Shown here one piece after another: positions 9,952 through 19,147 of a DNA stretch of 64,000 bases. Both the position numbers and the translations under genes were made by a program. Source of the DNA: an uncultured Rikenellaceae bacterium (lineage in GTDB: Bacteria; Bacteroidota; Bacteroidia; Bacteroidales; VadinHA17); NCBI GenBank assembly GCA_964613785.1, contig CAZTJT010000012.1, forward strand, positions 37,065-101,064, read 5' to 3'. Positions within the stretch are counted from its first letter, which is position 1. Every line of letters begins with the position of its first letter. The notes under the pieces are model-generated. The model was not told the DNA's origin. It made no database searches and saw only the letters and a list, made by a program, of their open reading frames with translations.

Positions 9952-11220
9952 TCAACACTGGTCTGATGGTTTATAAAGGAGAGAGCTGTCTCCGTAACTC
10001 AGAAACCTGAAATTATTCTCCAGGGCATAGCTGTAAATCTTTTTCCAGTCAGTTCCAACCCAAGCTGAAACCAGGAGCAGAAGAGTACTTCCGGGCTGAT
10101 GGAAATTTGTGATAAGTCCACGGATCATCCTGAATTTATATCCCGGGACGATTATAAGGCTTGTTGATCCGGTCAGAATGGTTATATTATTACTCTTCAT
10201 GTAATCTGATACAGCATGAAGCGCATCATCAGGAGTAACATTTGTTTTTTTTGAATACGGCTCCCACTGACTTATTATGAATCTGCCTTCGGTCACAGGT
10301 GACTGCTCAATTATACTGACTCCGATCCAGAATAAGCTTTCAAGGGTTCTCAGTGAAGTTGTGCCTACCGATATAATATTACCCCGGCTCTCTCTGAGGA
10401 TTTCAATGGTTTCCCTGGTTACAAAGAAATATTCTGCATGCATCTCATGATCGGTGATTTTTGAGGAACTGACCGGCCGGAATGTCCCTGCCCCCACATG
10501 GAGTGTAAGTTCAGTCATTCTTACAGGTTTCCGCGACAAATTGTCAAGCACAGTTTCAGTGAAATGAAGTCCGGCTGTGGGGGCTGCTACAGATCCTTTT
10601 ACCCGTGAATATACAGTCTGATAACTTGATGCGTCGCATGCCTCGTCTTCCCTTTTAATATATGGAGGAAGGGGGACGTGTCCTGCAGACTCAATTACTT
10701 CCCCGAAGTTCAATTCAGGATTATTCCAGGAAAATCTGATCCTCCATTCTTCACCATACTGACAAACTTTTTCTGCAACAAGCAGGTGACTGGTGCCTCT
10801 GCGTTTGAAACTTAATGAGAGAGTTCTGCTTTTCCATTTCTTGAGATTTCCAATAATGCACTTCCATTCAACCTGGTTCTTTGATCTGAGTGATAATTCA
10901 TAGTTCTTAGGTAACACCGGTTCCAGACACAATATTTCAATTCTTGCTCCGCTCTCTTTCCTGAATAAAAGTCTTGCCCTTATCACTCGGGTATTATTGA
11001 ATACCAGCAGGCTGTTTTCTGGTAAGTAATTGCTGATATTCCGAAACAGGTCAGAAGATATTTTACTGTCTTTATAAACCAGTAATCTGGAACTATCTCG
11101 TTCTTTTAGAGGATATTGTGCAATTTTTTCATCGGGCAGATCATAAAAATAATCCTTCATCTCAAAATCCAGATCACTTTTTCCCTCGACCATTGCTGCT
11201 TTTATCCTCTTTTTCATCAT
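9952..11220 (-). CDS. queA: tRNA preQ1(34) S-adenosylmethionine ribosyltransferase-isomerase
   Basis: Motifs DYFYDLPDEKIAQYPL..RDSSRLLV, VPLPPYIKRE, APTAGLHFT and HQPGSTLL. The true start may be the internal Met at 11160. Confidence 0.85.
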   Translation of the reverse strand: MMKKRIKAAMVEGKSDLDFEMKDYFYDLPDEKIAQYPLKERDSSRLLVYKDSKISSDLFRNISNYLPENSLLVFNNTRVIRARLLFRKESGARIEILCLEPVLPKNYELSLRSKNQVEWKCIIGNLKKWKSRTLSLSFKRRGTSHLLVAEKVCQYGEEWRIRFSWNNPELNFGEVIESAGHVPLPPYIKREDEACDASSYQTVYSRVKGSVAAPTAGLHFTETVLDNLSRKPVRMTELTLHVGAGTFRPVSSSKITDHEMHAEYFFVTRETIEILRESRGNIISVGTTSLRTLESLFWIGVSIIEQSPVTEGRFIISQWEPYSKKTNVTPDDALHAVSDYMKSNNITILTGSTSLIIVPGYKFRMIRGLITNFHQPGSTLLLLVSAWVGTDWKKIYSYALENNFRFLSYGDSSLLYKPSDQC

Positions 11221-11438
11221 ATAATAATTTGATTTTAATGGTATGATGGAACCTCCATGTAGTTGATTATTATATTATTTTGTTTGTGCATGCAAATACA
11301 TTTAGGTTTCATAAAATGAATCTCCGTTCATCATGTATTTTTATTTCTCAGAATTCAGGGTATAGTATTTATGGAGGTTCAAAATTAAGCAAATATACTT
11401 TTTATGCTGATAACAATTAGTTTTATTAACTTTGCATT

Positions 11439-11845
11439 ACAGTCTGCCGTTCCATCGTTCCCCGTCGCCTGGTGCAAACCGGTAAGCCGGGGGAAGGAAA
11501 GTCCGGACAACACAGAGCACCATACTTTCTAACAGAAAGATATCCGTAAGGGTATATTAGTGTAACAGAAAATAACCACCCTGTTTTCCCGAATCCCGGG
11601 AAGCAGGGAACGGGTGAAAAGGCGAGGTAAAGGCTCACCGGTATTGGTGGTGACATCAATAGCCGTACACATTATGGGTTGAAAGACCATGTATACCGGC
11701 TTTAAGGATTGCTCGTCCGATGTCGGGGGGTAGGTCGTTTGATCCGGTCAGCAATGACAGGACAAGATAAATGATGGAACCCGGTTTAAAATTCTCTTGC
11801 AGAAAATCTGACCGGTACAGAATCCGGCTTACAGGCAGACTGTTT
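11439..11845 (+). ncRNA. rnpB: RNase P RNA (bacterial type A)
   Basis: P1 pairing ACAGTCTGCC (11439-11448) with GGCAGACTGT (11834-11843). Universal blocks are GGAAGGAAAGTCCGGACAACACAGAGCA, GTAACAGAAAATAACCACC, GGTGAAAAGGCGAGGTAAAGGCTCACCGG and ACAGAATCCGGCTTACAG. Confidence 0.85.
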
Positions 11846-11888
11846 TATTTATGTTTTCACTAGCATTAACGGCTGCCACCTTAGTTCA

Positions 11889-12590
11889 TTATTTGACCCT
11901 AAAAATGGCGTCATCCATCGGTTCGTTCACTTTTACATCTGTATACTTGTAAACAAACTGCATTCCTGCTGCCGAGGTAGTAGTTGTCATAGGAAGTATC
12001 ACCCCGTTAGTTTCGGTATAATCACCAGGAACAGATTCAAGTGAGAATGACGTACCGCCCTGCTTCACATCAGCTACAGTCTTGACAATAAGATAACTGC
12101 TTTTGTCTATAAAAATTCTTATGACATTTCCACCCTCGATGGAAGCTTTTATTTTGAATGCTGGCTTTCCATTGACATTTTCAACGCCTTCCAGGGTGAG
12201 CTGGTTATTTTTCAGGTAACTGTCGAGATAATTCTGAAAAATATTGCTTCTGAGCAGCTGCCTGGCTTCTTCCTGCCCCATTTCCACAGGAGTTGTGGAT
12301 CCGGTCATCGGATTTATCATATAACCTTTTTCTCCGTCAAATACCTGAATCATTTCCTGTCCTCCTATTGTTGCAACAGACTTTATCTTATTGGGATTCT
12401 TCATATAAATAACCATAGGCATATCCATTCCCATCATCGACATGTTACCAGTTAGTTTAATTGATTGAAGACTGGCAATCTTGTCGAGTTTATTGGCAAT
12501 CGTGAAGTTTTTCACTATTTCGTTGAGCGACTGAGCGGTCAATACCGTAACAGAAGAAAGCATTGCAAAAATCAGAAGGAACTTTTTCAT
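11889..12590 (-). CDS. Outer-membrane lipoprotein-sorting (LolA-like fold) protein
   Basis: Signal peptide, about 230 aa, beta-rich. It resembles proteins usually annotated as outer membrane lipoprotein-sorting protein. Assigned by overall resemblance only. Confidence 0.4.
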   Translation of the reverse strand: MKKFLLIFAMLSSVTVLTAQSLNEIVKNFTIANKLDKIASLQSIKLTGNMSMMGMDMPMVIYMKNPNKIKSVATIGGQEMIQVFDGEKGYMINPMTGSTTPVEMGQEEARQLLRSNIFQNYLDSYLKNNQLTLEGVENVNGKPAFKIKASIEGGNVIRIFIDKSSYLIVKTVADVKQGGTSFSLESVPGDYTETNGVILPMTTTTSAAGMQFVYKYTDVKVNEPMDDAIFRVK

Positions 12591-12600
12591 AAGACATTAA

Positions 12601-13437
12601 TTAATTAGTATTAAAATTGTTAATAGTTTCTCTTAATGCTGTAAGCTTAATTAACAAGCTTTCCATTTTATTCATCATGAGCATGTTGGCTCCGTCCGAC
12701 TTTGCATTGACGGGATCAGGATGAGTCTCAATGAAGATTCCGTCGGCACCTACGCTTATTGCTGCCTTGCCTATGGTCTCAATCATTTCCGGTCTCCCTC
12801 CAGAAATACCCGAATCCTGGTTTGGCTGCTGAAGTGAGTGGGTAATATCCATTATTACAGGAACTCCAAATGATTTCATTATTGGAATATTTCTGAAATC
12901 CACTACCAGGTCCTGGTATCCGAACATATTCCCGCGGTCGGTGAGCATAATCTTATTATTACCTGACTCCCTCACTTTATCAACTGCATGCTTCATTGAT
13001 GATCCTGAAAGGAATTGCCCTTTCTTAATATTTATCCATTTACCTGTTTTTGCCGCTGATACCAGAAGATCGGTCTGTCGGCACAGGAACGCCGGAATCT
13101 GTAATATGTCAACATATTCTGCAGCCATTTCTGCTTCTTCCGGATTATGAATATCAGTGATTACAGGTACCTTAAACCTGTCTCTTACCCCGGAGAGTAT
13201 TTTCAGTGCTTTCAGGTCGCCAATACCTGAAAATGAATCGATCCTTGATCTGTTTGCTTTTCTGTATGATGACTTGAAAACAAACGGGATCCTGTACCTT
13301 TCTGACAAATTCACAAGGTGATCGGCAATTCTGAAAACAATATCCTTACCTTCTACAACACAGGGGCCGGCGATGAGAATAAAATTGCCTGAATCTCCAT
13401 ATCTCAACAGCGGGATATTAATTTCTTCTTTTTTCAA
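12601..13437 (-). CDS. kdsA: 3-deoxy-8-phosphooctulonate (KDO-8-P) synthase
   Basis: FILIAGPCVVE, FKSSYRKANRSR, ILQIPAFLCRQTDL and DITHSLQQP motifs. Length is 278 aa. Confidence 0.9.
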   Translation of the reverse strand: MKKEEINIPLLRYGDSGNFILIAGPCVVEGKDIVFRIADHLVNLSERYRIPFVFKSSYRKANRSRIDSFSGIGDLKALKILSGVRDRFKVPVITDIHNPEEAEMAAEYVDILQIPAFLCRQTDLLVSAAKTGKWINIKKGQFLSGSSMKHAVDKVRESGNNKIMLTDRGNMFGYQDLVVDFRNIPIMKSFGVPVIMDITHSLQQPNQDSGISGGRPEMIETIGKAAISVGADGIFIETHPDPVNAKSDGANMLMMNKMESLLIKLTALRETINNFNTN

Positions 13438-13713
13438 ACTAAATTATATAACTATATTAATAATACAAGTAGTGCGTGTGCAATCCTTATGTAATTGATT
13501 ATTATTGTGTTTATGTCTTAAAATACATTAAGGTTTCATGATCTTGTTTGTTTCAGTAACAAGAATTTTTCATGTGGTCACAAAGGTAATAAAATATTCA
13601 TCTTTTCTTTTCGCGTGTAACTGATCAAAACGTTTTGGTTTAAGACAACTAGTTTTAAATCATTCACAATAATCCAATTCTTGGTTATGAAAGATTCCTG
13701 AGGCAGGAGAATA

Positions 13714-15012
13714 TCACCTGTCGTATTTATATATGCCTTTCCATAACCCTATAAGTCGCTTTCTGATTTCTTCTTCCTTTGGATTATTTCCCGGATCATA
13801 GAATCTTTCACCTTTAAGTTCCTCAGGAAGATAGTTTTCCACGACGAAATTCCCTTCAAACGTATGAGCATACTTATAATCCTTATGATAACCAAGGTCT
13901 TTCATAAGCTTAGTCGGAGCATTCCTTAAATGAAGGGGCACCGGAAGATCACCTTTTTCACTTACTGTTTCTATTGCTTTTTCAATAGCCATATAAGAGG
14001 CATTGCTTTTTGGTGAGGAGGCCAGATAGATGGCGGTTTCGGAAAGTATGATCCTCGACTCTGGCCAACCTATTACATTTATGGCCTCGAAGCAGGCCTG
14101 TGCCAGGAGCAGTGCGTTTGGATTTGCCAGGCCTATATCTTCCGCGGCAAGAATTAACATCCGCCTTGCAATAAATTTCGGATCCTCACCTCCTTCAACC
14201 ATTCTTGCCAGCCAGTAAACAGAGGCATTCGGATCACTTCCTCTCATCGATTTGATGAATGCAGAGATTATATCGTAGTGCTGTTCTCCGTTCTTATCAT
14301 AGAGTGCCAGGTTCTTCTGGACATGCTTTAACACCTTCCCGTTGTCGATAATGATTTTTTTGGATCCCGACTCAGTTGCTTCTGCCGATACTACCAGTTC
14401 AAGTGCATTATAGAGTTTCCTTGCATCACCGCCCGATACTCTCAATAAAGCTTCGTTTTCCTTTATTTCGATATCATATTCAGCCAGATAGGGGTCTTTG
14501 CTGAGTGCCTTGTCCAGCAGTATCTTCAGCTCAGGTTCACTCAACGGATTCATGATATAAACCTGGCACCTCGAAAGGAGGGGAGAGATTACCTCAAACG
14601 AAGGATTTTCAGTTGTGGCACCTATAAGAGTTATAATGCCCTGTTCTACTGCACTTAGAAGGGAATCCTGCTGTGATTTGCTGAAACGGTGTATTTCATC
14701 GATGAACAGAATGGGATTGGGCTGGTTGAAGTACTGTTGTTTTTTTGCTTTTTCAATCGTTTCCCTTACATCTTTTACTCCGGAATGAACCGCACTTAAA
14801 TGAAAAAAAGGCCTCTTTAGGGTATTTGCTATTATTGAGGCCAGAGTTGTTTTTCCGACCCCGGGCGGCCCCCAGAGAATGAATGAGGGTATATTGCCGG
14901 AATCTATTACTTTCCTAAGTATGGCATTATGGCCAACAAGATGATCCTGACCGCAAAAACCATCAAGATCCTTTGGTCTCAGTCTTTCAGCAAGAGGTTG
15001 ATTTGCCAGCAT
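13714..15012 (-). CDS. rarA: Replication-associated recombination protein A (AAA+ ATPase)
   Basis: LAERLRPKDLD..GQ.HL, Walker A GPPGVGKTTLA, Walker B LFIDEIHRF, and the MgsA C-terminal domain (HYD.ISAFIKSMRGSDP.A..YWLARM). Start taken at MLANQPLAERLRP. Confidence 0.9.
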   Translation of the reverse strand: MLANQPLAERLRPKDLDGFCGQDHLVGHNAILRKVIDSGNIPSFILWGPPGVGKTTLASIIANTLKRPFFHLSAVHSGVKDVRETIEKAKKQQYFNQPNPILFIDEIHRFSKSQQDSLLSAVEQGIITLIGATTENPSFEVISPLLSRCQVYIMNPLSEPELKILLDKALSKDPYLAEYDIEIKENEALLRVSGGDARKLYNALELVVSAEATESGSKKIIIDNGKVLKHVQKNLALYDKNGEQHYDIISAFIKSMRGSDPNASVYWLARMVEGGEDPKFIARRMLILAAEDIGLANPNALLLAQACFEAINVIGWPESRIILSETAIYLASSPKSNASYMAIEKAIETVSEKGDLPVPLHLRNAPTKLMKDLGYHKDYKYAHTFEGNFVVENYLPEELKGERFYDPGNNPKEEEIRKRLIGLWKGIYKYDR

Positions 15013-15139
15013 TATTATTTGTTTGCACAAAATTAGTAAAAACAATTATCGTTAAAACATAATATTAACATGCCATTCAATGCTGGAATTAATTTTGTTA
15101 TTATTGCATGTGCGTATAGCAGAAAACATACAGAAAAAA

Positions 15140-16843
15140 ATGATAAAAACTATTCCATTTTTAATAGCATTAATATTCTGGGGATGCAGGGGAGCTATTC
15201 CGGTTTCATCTGTTGAATCTGCTGACAACCCACATATGGTTACTGACAGTGGAATGGTTGTATCGGCCCATCATGAAAGCTCAAAGATAGGTGTTAATGT
15301 ACTGCTGAAAGGCGGAAATGCTGTTGATGCAGCTGTAGCCACTGAGTTTGCACTTGCGGTTTGTTATCCGGAAGCCGGTAATTTGGGAGGCGGTGGATTC
15401 ATGATATACCGAGATCCGTCAGGAAGATCTGAAATGATCGATTACAGGGAGAAAGCACCACTGAAAGCATCCCGGGATATGTATCTTGACCGGGAAGGAA
15501 ATTTCTTACCCGGACTCAGTACCGACACACATCTTTCATCCGGCATCCCGGGTACTGTAGATGGGATGCTGAACATCCATTCAAAATATGGTATTCTCCC
15601 TTTCAGTGATCTGATCCAGCCTGCTATTGACCTTGCAAGAAACGGATTTCCGATAACCGCCGGACAGGCTGAAGATATGAACAGTTTTCGTGACAATTTT
15701 ATTTCCAGAAATCGCTTGTTACCTGCTTTTGTCAAAGACCATTTATGGGAACCGGGAGACACTCTGAGGCAGCCTGAGCTTGCCGAGACCCTTGAGAGGA
15801 TCAGGGATTTCGGCAGGGAAGGATTTTATTCGGGAAAGACAGCAGAACTGATTGCTGCTGAAATGTCGCGCGGAAATGGTATCATCGGACTTAAGGATCT
15901 TTCTGAATACCGGTCTGTGTTCAGGGCCCCTCTGGAGGGCTTTTACAGGGGATATAAAATAATAACTGCATCACCTCCTTCAGGTGGTGGAGTAATACTT
16001 CTGCAGATACTGGGGATGATTGAACCTTATAATCTTAAGGAACTGGGATTCCATTCATGGGAATCCGTCCATCTGATGGTTGAAGCAGAGAAAAGAGCCT
16101 TCGCTGACAGAGCTGAATTTCTTGGCGACCCTGATTTTAACGATATACCCTTGTCCGGTTTGGTTGATCCGTTTTATCTGAGAAAGCGAATGGAGAACTT
16201 CAATGAAAAGCTTGCAACTCCTTCCTCAGAGATAAAAGCCGGGCAACCTTCAGCAAATGAGAGTGAGGAAACAACTCACTATTCGGTTGTTGATCTCATG
16301 GGGGGAGCAGTTGCTGCAACGACGACGCTTAACGGGACTTTCGGAAGCGGAATAGTGATTGAGGGTGCGGGATTTCTTATGAACAATCAGATGGATGATT
16401 TCTCGGTCAAACCGGGAGTACCCAATATGTTTGGCCTTTCAGGCGGGGTGGCTAATTCAATCAGCGCAGGGAAACGGATGCTGAGCTCAATGACTCCCGT
16501 TATTATGGAGAAAAATGGAAAGCTGTTTATGGTAGCAGGATCTCCCGGAGGATCAACTATTCCAACGACAGTATTGCAGATTATTACTAATGTTATTGAT
16601 TATGAGATGGATATAGGCCTTGCAGTAGATGCCGGACGCTTTCACCACCAGTGGATGCCAGATCAGATATCAATAGAAAAGGCCGCACTCAACAGTACAA
16701 CAATAGTACAGCTGAACCGAATCGGACATGTAATCAGGGAAAGATCATTGATTGGCAGGGTAAATGCAATACACATCCTCCCTGACGGCCGCCTAAAAGC
16801 TGGTGCTGACTGGCGCGGAGTAAACTCAGCTATTGGATATTAG
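15140..16843 (+). CDS. ggt: Gamma-glutamyltransferase (lipoprotein-type signal)
   Basis: Start at MIKTIPFLIALIFWGC (lipobox). GGNAVDAAVA, GGGGFM, the autoprocessing/catalytic ETTHYSVVD, and GSPGGSTI. Confidence 0.9.
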   Translation: MIKTIPFLIALIFWGCRGAIPVSSVESADNPHMVTDSGMVVSAHHESSKIGVNVLLKGGNAVDAAVATEFALAVCYPEAGNLGGGGFMIYRDPSGRSEMIDYREKAPLKASRDMYLDREGNFLPGLSTDTHLSSGIPGTVDGMLNIHSKYGILPFSDLIQPAIDLARNGFPITAGQAEDMNSFRDNFISRNRLLPAFVKDHLWEPGDTLRQPELAETLERIRDFGREGFYSGKTAELIAAEMSRGNGIIGLKDLSEYRSVFRAPLEGFYRGYKIITASPPSGGGVILLQILGMIEPYNLKELGFHSWESVHLMVEAEKRAFADRAEFLGDPDFNDIPLSGLVDPFYLRKRMENFNEKLATPSSEIKAGQPSANESEETTHYSVVDLMGGAVAATTTLNGTFGSGIVIEGAGFLMNNQMDDFSVKPGVPNMFGLSGGVANSISAGKRMLSSMTPVIMEKNGKLFMVAGSPGGSTIPTTVLQIITNVIDYEMDIGLAVDAGRFHHQWMPDQISIEKAALNSTTIVQLNRIGHVIRERSLIGRVNAIHILPDGRLKAGADWRGVNSAIGY

Positions 16844-16985
16844 AAAGCACGTTTTTGTCAAATTTTCCACTTTGAGAAAAAAAAGTTACCTCTGTAAAAA
16901 ATAAATTGATACATTTAACAGTTATTTCTTAAATCTGTCTAAGATTAAGATTATTTGAGTATTTGAATTTTGTCAGATATATATT

Positions 16986-18137
16986 ATGAAAAAGCCTCTC
17001 CTGATTACAATAATTATCCTGGCAATAATCCTTATTCTGCCCTTTGTCAGCTTTGTCCGGTGGTATTTTCAGGAAAAGAAACCGATCGATATTGTAATTC
17101 TCAATAAAACCGTTCCAACCCTTGAACGACTAAAGCATAAATCACTGGTATGGATACTTACAAATGACAGGTTTGTAAAAAAAGAGAAGAAAAACAGTTA
17201 TTCTTACAGAAAGGATTACTATGGATTTTCTCCAACCCGGCCTTTAAAAGAAAGAGGCAGTATTAAAAAAGAGTATCACCTGTCGGAAATGATGACTCTG
17301 CCTGATAAAGCTGATGCCCTGTATTTTGCTGACACTTACGGAATTTTCTTCAATGACTGGTTTGCCGGAGTTAATAAGAGCCGCAAATCGCGAAAAATCT
17401 ACGGAGGCCTCAATAATACCGATTATCTTCTTATTAACGAAATGAAAAACAGGAATAAGCTGATAATCCTTGAATACAACTCTTTTGATTTTCCAACTGC
17501 TGCTTTTGAATCCTACAGGACACAGGAAAAGCTTGGAATATCCTTCACAGGTTGGACAGGATGCTATTTTGAAAAACTTGATACCACTTCAAGGGGATTT
17601 CCTGTCTGGATGGCAGCGATGTACCGAAAACAATACCGCAAACCGTGGACTTTCACCAAACCCGGTATAGTTCTGCTTACAGAGAAAAATATCGTGGTGC
17701 TGGAAGAGGGCACACATCTTACCAACGCTTTGCCACGGATCGTAACCGATTCAGTAAACTGCAGGAAATACGGTGTGCCTCCGTCAGTTGCATTTAAGAA
17801 CTGGTTCGATATTATTGATCCCCTTCAGAGCAACGTAATATCGGAATTCCACTTTGAGACAACAGCTATGGGAGATACCCTGCTGTCATCAAATATGCTT
17901 TCGAAGGAATTTCCGGCAGTTATACAGGAACCCGTAAATCAGAGAACATACTATTTTTCAGGCGACTTTGCAACCAATAAAGTAGTATTCTGTACATCAC
18001 GAATGCTGGGATTCGGAAAACTCAAAGGATTGCTTTATACTGATAAGCCAGATGATCCCAGAAGGTTTTTCTGGCTGTACTACAAACCTCTCTTAAATAC
18101 AATATTCAATGACTATTATCTATCTATAAAGAAATAA
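16986..18137 (+). CDS. Hypothetical N-terminally anchored protein (383 aa)
   Basis: Long ORF with one N-terminal TM (LLITIIILAIILILPFVSFV) and coding-like composition, followed by a strong terminator. No family recognised. Confidence 0.5.
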   Translation: MKKPLLITIIILAIILILPFVSFVRWYFQEKKPIDIVILNKTVPTLERLKHKSLVWILTNDRFVKKEKKNSYSYRKDYYGFSPTRPLKERGSIKKEYHLSEMMTLPDKADALYFADTYGIFFNDWFAGVNKSRKSRKIYGGLNNTDYLLINEMKNRNKLIILEYNSFDFPTAAFESYRTQEKLGISFTGWTGCYFEKLDTTSRGFPVWMAAMYRKQYRKPWTFTKPGIVLLTEKNIVVLEEGTHLTNALPRIVTDSVNCRKYGVPPSVAFKNWFDIIDPLQSNVISEFHFETTAMGDTLLSSNMLSKEFPAVIQEPVNQRTYYFSGDFATNKVVFCTSRMLGFGKLKGLLYTDKPDDPRRFFWLYYKPLLNTIFNDYYLSIKK

Positions 18138-18173
18138 TAGCTACCACCATTGGTTCTGATTTTTTTCTTTCAA

Positions 18174-18199
18174 GGGGGCTTTTATGGCCCCCTTTTTTT
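18174..18199 (+). terminator. Rho-independent terminator
   Basis: GGGGGC-ttttatg-GCCCCC followed by TTTTTTT. Confidence 0.8.
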
Positions 18200-18261
18200 A
18201 TTTTTAACCTGGCAAAAGGAGTGTACGAAAAAATAATTCACCCAGACAAGAAATTTCAGAG

Positions 18262-19032
18262 ATGAAGATAACCCTTATACAGTCTGACATAATATGGGAG
18301 GATAAAGATCAAAATTTTGCCAGGTTTGAACGGCTCATTTCAGGAATTACCGAAGAAACCGGCATGATTTTTCTTCCCGAGATGTTTAATACCGGTTTTT
18401 CAATGAATCCGGAAATTCTATGTGAAGACCCCTGCTCAGTTACTATGGAATGGCTTCTGTTAATGGCGAAGAAATTTAATGTTGGCATCGGAGGGAGCTA
18501 TATAGTCAAGGAACATAATACTTACTACAACCGTTGGCTTTTTACTGAACCTGGTGGGAGGATGTGGAAATATGATAAAAGACATCTGTTCAGTCCGGGT
18601 AATGAAAATATTCTCTTCAGTAAGGGACGAGAACGAGTTGTATTTAATCATAAAGAACTAAGAATTTGTCCCAATGTATGTTACGATCTTCGCTTTCCGG
18701 TCTGGAGCAGGTGCAGAAATGACTATGATCTGCTGATAAATTCAGCCAACTGGCCGCAGAGCAGGAGGGATGTATGGATCACTCTTCTCAGAGCAAGGGC
18801 TATTGAAAACCAGTGTTACGTTGCGGGCGTGAACAGAATTGGCATCGACGGAACAGGGATAAAATATTGCGGTGATTCAATGATAGTTGGTCCTAAAGGT
18901 GAAGTGCTTGCATCCGGCATAAAGAATTCGGAATGCATTGTCTCAGCAGATATTTCGATAGAGGAATTAGTAGAATTCCGGTCCAGATTCCCGGTACTTA
19001 ATGATGGTGATGACTTTACCCTGGATATCTGA
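18262..19032 (+). CDS. Carbon-nitrogen hydrolase family amidohydrolase (omega-amidase/YafV-like)
   Basis: Nitrilase-superfamily triad context: FLPEMF (Glu), YDKRHLF (Lys), ICPNVCYDLRFP (Cys). Length is 256 aa. Confidence 0.8.
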   Translation: MKITLIQSDIIWEDKDQNFARFERLISGITEETGMIFLPEMFNTGFSMNPEILCEDPCSVTMEWLLLMAKKFNVGIGGSYIVKEHNTYYNRWLFTEPGGRMWKYDKRHLFSPGNENILFSKGRERVVFNHKELRICPNVCYDLRFPVWSRCRNDYDLLINSANWPQSRRDVWITLLRARAIENQCYVAGVNRIGIDGTGIKYCGDSMIVGPKGEVLASGIKNSECIVSADISIEELVEFRSRFPVLNDGDDFTLDI

Positions 19033-19147
19033 TCGTTTTATCTGCAAGAAACAGCTAAATTAACCCGATTTCCCCGTTATGCTTCATAATTTATCATTAT
19101 GAAGTGCCTGCAAAGAGACTAAACCGGAATTCCCCGGCCGACTTCTG

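Noticed and set aside
11426-11659. A 77-aa minus-strand ORF is listed in the six-frame track.
   Set aside because: It lies entirely inside the RNase P RNA gene on the opposite strand. It is Pro/Gly/Cys-rich, as expected from translating structured GC-rich RNA.
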